The position numbers and the translations under genes are program-made. Shown piece by piece: positions 60,010 through 64,000 of a stretch of 64,000 nt of DNA; positions within the stretch are counted from its first letter, which is position 1, and every line of letters starts with the position of its first letter. Below the pieces are notes generated by a model, which was not told the origin of the DNA, made no database searches, and worked only from the letters and a program-made list of their open reading frames with translations. The stretch is from Camelus ferus. Its lineage: Eukaryota. The stretch covers positions 63,056,001-63,120,000 of the forward strand of contig NC_045696.1 of the NCBI RefSeq assembly GCF_009834535.1. Reading direction: 5' to 3'.

Positions 60010-62045
60010 ATGTTTGAATGTTTCACTGGAGTGTATATGTGTACAGAAAGTGCACTATCCTAAGTATACAGACAGCTGAATTCTCACAAATGACCCACCG
60101 ATGCAACCAGCACACTGATCGAGGCCCAGAGCGTGGCCAGCACCCCACCTAACCCTCTCCAGGGTATCTGCTATTTTGCCCTTTTCAGTTGATTTTCTAC
60201 TACATGTGAACAGAACGCAGTACTTTTAAGTATCAGCCCTCTTTAATCAAATACTGTGAGAGGCATCCGTATTCTCACATATCAGAAACAATAAATTGTT
60301 CATTCTCGTTGCCGTATATTAGTATATGATGTGAATACATCACAGTTTATCTGTTCGAACATTGATGCACATGTGGATGTTTTGCAGGTTTGGGGTTTTT
60401 GATAACTGTCTAATTAATAAACTTTACCCTTTAGACCAGTTTTAGGCTCACAGCAAAATTAACGGCAGAGTACAGAGAGTTCCCGTGTACCCCTGTCCCA
60501 CATGTGCACGGCCTCCCCTGCTATCAGCATCCCGCATCACAGTGGTTCACTTGTTCTAACGGATGGACCTACACTGACACATCCTTATCACCCAGTGGGT
60601 TTTGGTTTTTGAAAATAGTGTTGCCATGCACTGTGATACAGTGCTGTTCAATAGAGCTTTGCTCTGAAGGAAATGTTCTATAATCTGTGCTGTCCACTAG
60701 GTACATCCAGCCATATGTGACTATTAAGCACCGAGTATGTGGCTGGTGACATCTTCAGACGTTAACCACTAAAGGTTAACTGCTAACTCCTGCCTGACCC
60801 AACAATCAAAGGTCGGAATGGTGAGATTCTTTTCAGGGTCGGGAAGAGAACAGCAGTGGATTTCACATTTATGATGAATTATAAAATGAATTCTAAAACA
60901 TTGAATTTTTTAAGGGATTCTTGAGTCCACAATAATATTCATAAAAGGAAAAGGAAGGGAAACTTTTTTACAAAAAACAACAACACAGTGAAAAAATGTA
61001 GATGGAATGTTAGAATTTTGTAACCATCAACAAAATCATGGATTCAGGCAAAGATCACCAGTGGCTGCTGAAAGCACTAAGTGAAAGGACCCTGTGGAAC
61101 TATACAGTCACATCCTTTTAAGACTCACCCACCCCTTACTTATTAAATTCAAAGGGAAAGTGTTTTCTACAGTGGAGCGATCTGGCAGATACCACCTTAA
61201 CCAAGTGATCAAACTCAGCCTCACCAGCGGAACGCCAGCCTGGCGTTCTGTACCTCCCGATGCAGTGTTAGGGAGCACACAGCAGCACCTTGTATTGCTT
61301 TTGCAGAAGCATTTACCCTCAGTCTAACCACGAAGAAACAACTAGGTGATTCTAAATCTGAGACAAGGGACCTGGACTAAGAGACACACAACTAAATGAA
61401 TGAATCCTGAATTGAAAACAACAACACTATACTGGACATTATTGGGACAATTGAGTAAATTTTAATATGGATTACATTTTTTTTCTTCCAGTTTTACTGA
61501 GATATGACTGACATACAGCACTGTATAAATTTAAGGTATACAGCATAATGATTTGATTTACATATGTCTTGAAGTGATTATCACAATAAGTTTAATGAAT
61601 ATCATCTCATACAGGTAAAAAATTAAAGAAACAGAAAAACTTCTTGTGATGAGAATTCTTAGGACTTACTCTCATAACAACTTTCACACATAAGATAAAA
61701 CAGTGTTAATTATATTTATCCTGTGTACATTACATCCCTAGTACTTATCTATCTTACATCTGGAAGCTTGTACTTTTTGTCGACCTGTCATCCAATTCCC
61801 CCTCCTCCACCCTGGGATTACACATTAGATAAGAATATTTTATCAGCGTAATAAAAGTGTGTTATGTTGGAGAATATCCTTGGAGACACATGCTGATGCA
61901 TTTTGGGGTAAAATACCTGCAGTTTCAAATGGTTCTGAGTGGAGTGAGAGAGAACAAATCCTGCAAAATGTTAACACCTGGTGAACCTAGGTGGGTATTC
62001 TTTCACTCTTTTGTGGTTTTGAAATTTTTCAAAATAAAAAATTAG
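60010..62045. mobile_element. Nested L1M fragments (L1ME/L1MC-like), a MER3-like remnant (about 60640-60750) and a younger antisense L1 3' end (about 61478-61813)
   Basis: Recognisable L1M 3' UTR phrases; approximate TSD ggattaca around the 61478-61813 insert. Confidence 0.6.
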
Positions 62046-62343
62046 GGCTTGAGGTGTCATAAGAGTAGACAGTTAAGGGCCCAGGAGCCGTTCAGAAGCC
62101 CGGATAGAATTGTACCGAAAGACAGTAGAATCAGTTATTACAATTAACAGGACCATGCAGAACTCCTGTCTTTTTTGGCTTTTGGGAAGTGGGGTTATCC
62201 AGCTCCCTCCCATATTGGCACATAGGAACTTGGCAGGATGCTGGTTTCTCTCTGAATGGCAAACTGCAGTGAGAACTTACATTTCTCTTTAATTATTTCA
62301 ATGCAAATATTCAAGTACTGAATTCGATTTAGTTGGCTCTTTA

Positions 62344-62434
62344 CTTACTTTTTTAACAGAGATAGTGGGGATTGAACTCAGGACCTCGTGCATGCTAAGC
62401 ATGCACTCTACTACTGAGCTATACCCACCCTGAC
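62344..62434 (-). mobile_element. tRNA-derived SINE (Vic-1-like), short form
   Basis: Perfect 13-bp TSD agttggctcttta at 62331-62343 and 62435-62447. Confidence 0.88.
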
Positions 62435-62824
62435 AGTTGGCTCTTTAAAAGGTGAGCTGCTTTGTTTTAAAGCCCCTTTAAAGAAGGACTTTCCTTGCTG
62501 TAACATTTCAACATCTGTCAGTTTGATTAACGCTTGCCCAGCTCCTGAGCATCTTAAAGTGACTTTCGGCAACCAGATGTTATTAATAAGGAACTTGAGG
62601 GGGAAAAAGTAAAGAAATCTTCACAAGATCATACAGCGTGTTGACAAGAGTTTTAAATAGAACCCAAGATCCCAGCAGTCCTACCACCTGCTTCTGTCAC
62701 GACACCCCAACATGTCCACAATGGGACTGATGAAGATTTGGAAAGGCCAGTATTTCAAAATGCATTCTCTTAGAATTAACTTCTCTGTATTTATAGCGGG
62801 TAAATCAAGCTGACAGTAGAGCTC

Positions 62825-62826
<2 letters not shown>

Positions 62827-62868
<42 letters not shown>
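62827..62868. repeat. (TG)n microsatellite
   Basis: Direct read. Confidence 0.95.
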
Positions 62869-62869
<1 letters not shown>

Positions 62870-64000
62870 TTGTTTGAGGAGTAGCCACAAGCCCTTCCTC
62901 TGAATAATGCACTTTATGAGAACACTGGCAGGAGGCAATGTGTTCTCACGAGAGAAAAGCTGTTGAGTGAGCTGCAGGTCTGTTCTCCAACCACCCTCTC
63001 CCACCCCACCCCCACCCACGCCATCCCTGCCCCAGGCAGCTGGGATTTATGGCCCGATTGGCTGCCAGCTCCTGCAGGACCGCCCAGCCCGCGGAGGCCC
63101 TTTCCTTCTTCAGGACAATGCCCGTGGAGCTTCTGCCAACAGGAGACGCTTAGGAGCTGTGGAGGGAGGGTGTGTGTTATAGTACTCTTGTTAGTTTTTC
63201 TTTCCGGCAAACTCGGGACCATGGCCAAAAAACATTAGTTTCTGGGCCTCAGAGGAGCCTGATAAAGGAACTGATTCACTTTCTGAATGTGGAGAGCCCT
63301 ATGGAAGGTACTGGGAGAATTGGCGGGGGAGGGGGGGTCCTATTGGCCCGGAGGGAGTTGATTAGAATGCATCATCCCCCGACAGGATGAAGTCCTGGTT
63401 CCCTTCCGACAGACCAGGCGGAGACCAGGCGGAGACCTGCGTCTCTAGCCCACCTCGTATCTGCACTGCAGCACCCCTGCTATTGCCTGCACCCCCAGGC
63501 CGCGCTCTTCCCACCTCCAGGAGCACCTTTGCAGGACTGGTGCCATGGCCTCATCACCAAAAGCAAACTTACCCTCCAAAGCCCAGTTCATGCATTTCTT
63601 GAAAGCCTTCCCGAACATACCCACACACCCAATGTTATACATCATCAAAGCATTTTCAATATGCTCTAACATACATATCACATTTTCACAGCCTGTTAAA
63701 AACCAATATTTTCATCAGTAAATATTTTCCTTACTATGTGCCAGGCACTGAGCTGGGGAGACAGATAAGAACTAAACAACCCTGGCTGCAAGGCGCTCAC
63801 AGCCTGGTAGAAAGACAACACTCATTGCGTTTGAGAGGTGTCCCTAACGGAGGAAAAGGGCAGTTGCCCGGCTGTCCCCACACCTCCACCCCTTGGACCA
63901 GGATGCCCAATCACCTGTGTAGGGAAGACCACCAAGGAGCAGCTTTGAGAGGGAAAATTGCCAGTTTGGTTTTAGACCTGTTCAGTTAAGACATGCAAGT

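Noticed and set aside
1..64000. CRISPR arrays, operons, prokaryotic mobile elements or rRNA genes
   Set aside because: The sequence is mammalian, and I saw no regularly spaced repeat-spacer structure or rRNA.

Overview
Mammalian genomic DNA, most likely a camelid judging by the tRNA-derived, Vic-1-like SINEs (inference). It holds two divergently oriented protein-coding genes. FAM43A has an intronless CDS on the minus strand (24493-25773, 426 aa, PTB/PID-like domain) inside a CpG island. LSG1 is complete on the plus strand (14 coding exons, 37594-58777, 658 aa, circularly permuted 60S-export GTPase). The rest is intergenic or intronic DNA rich in L1, L2, MIR, MaLR/ERVL LTRs, hAT/Tigger DNA transposons, SINEs and microsatellites; repeat names and boundaries were assigned by eye and are approximate. 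Most notable observations: (1) LSG1 intron 10 is a U12-type AT-AC intron, one exon downstream of a 144-nt, in-frame, stop-free intron 9 inside the G domain, with in-frame alternative sites around it; (2) five short uORFs lie in the probable ~0.9-kb FAM43A leader; (3) an 86-bp locally templated insertion sits inside a MER58A; (4) a speculative C/D-box-like element with 28S complementarity lies in LSG1 intron 11; (5) LSG1 has tandem FFAT-like motifs. I found no convincing wholly novel multi-gene system, and most ORF-track entries are spurious.
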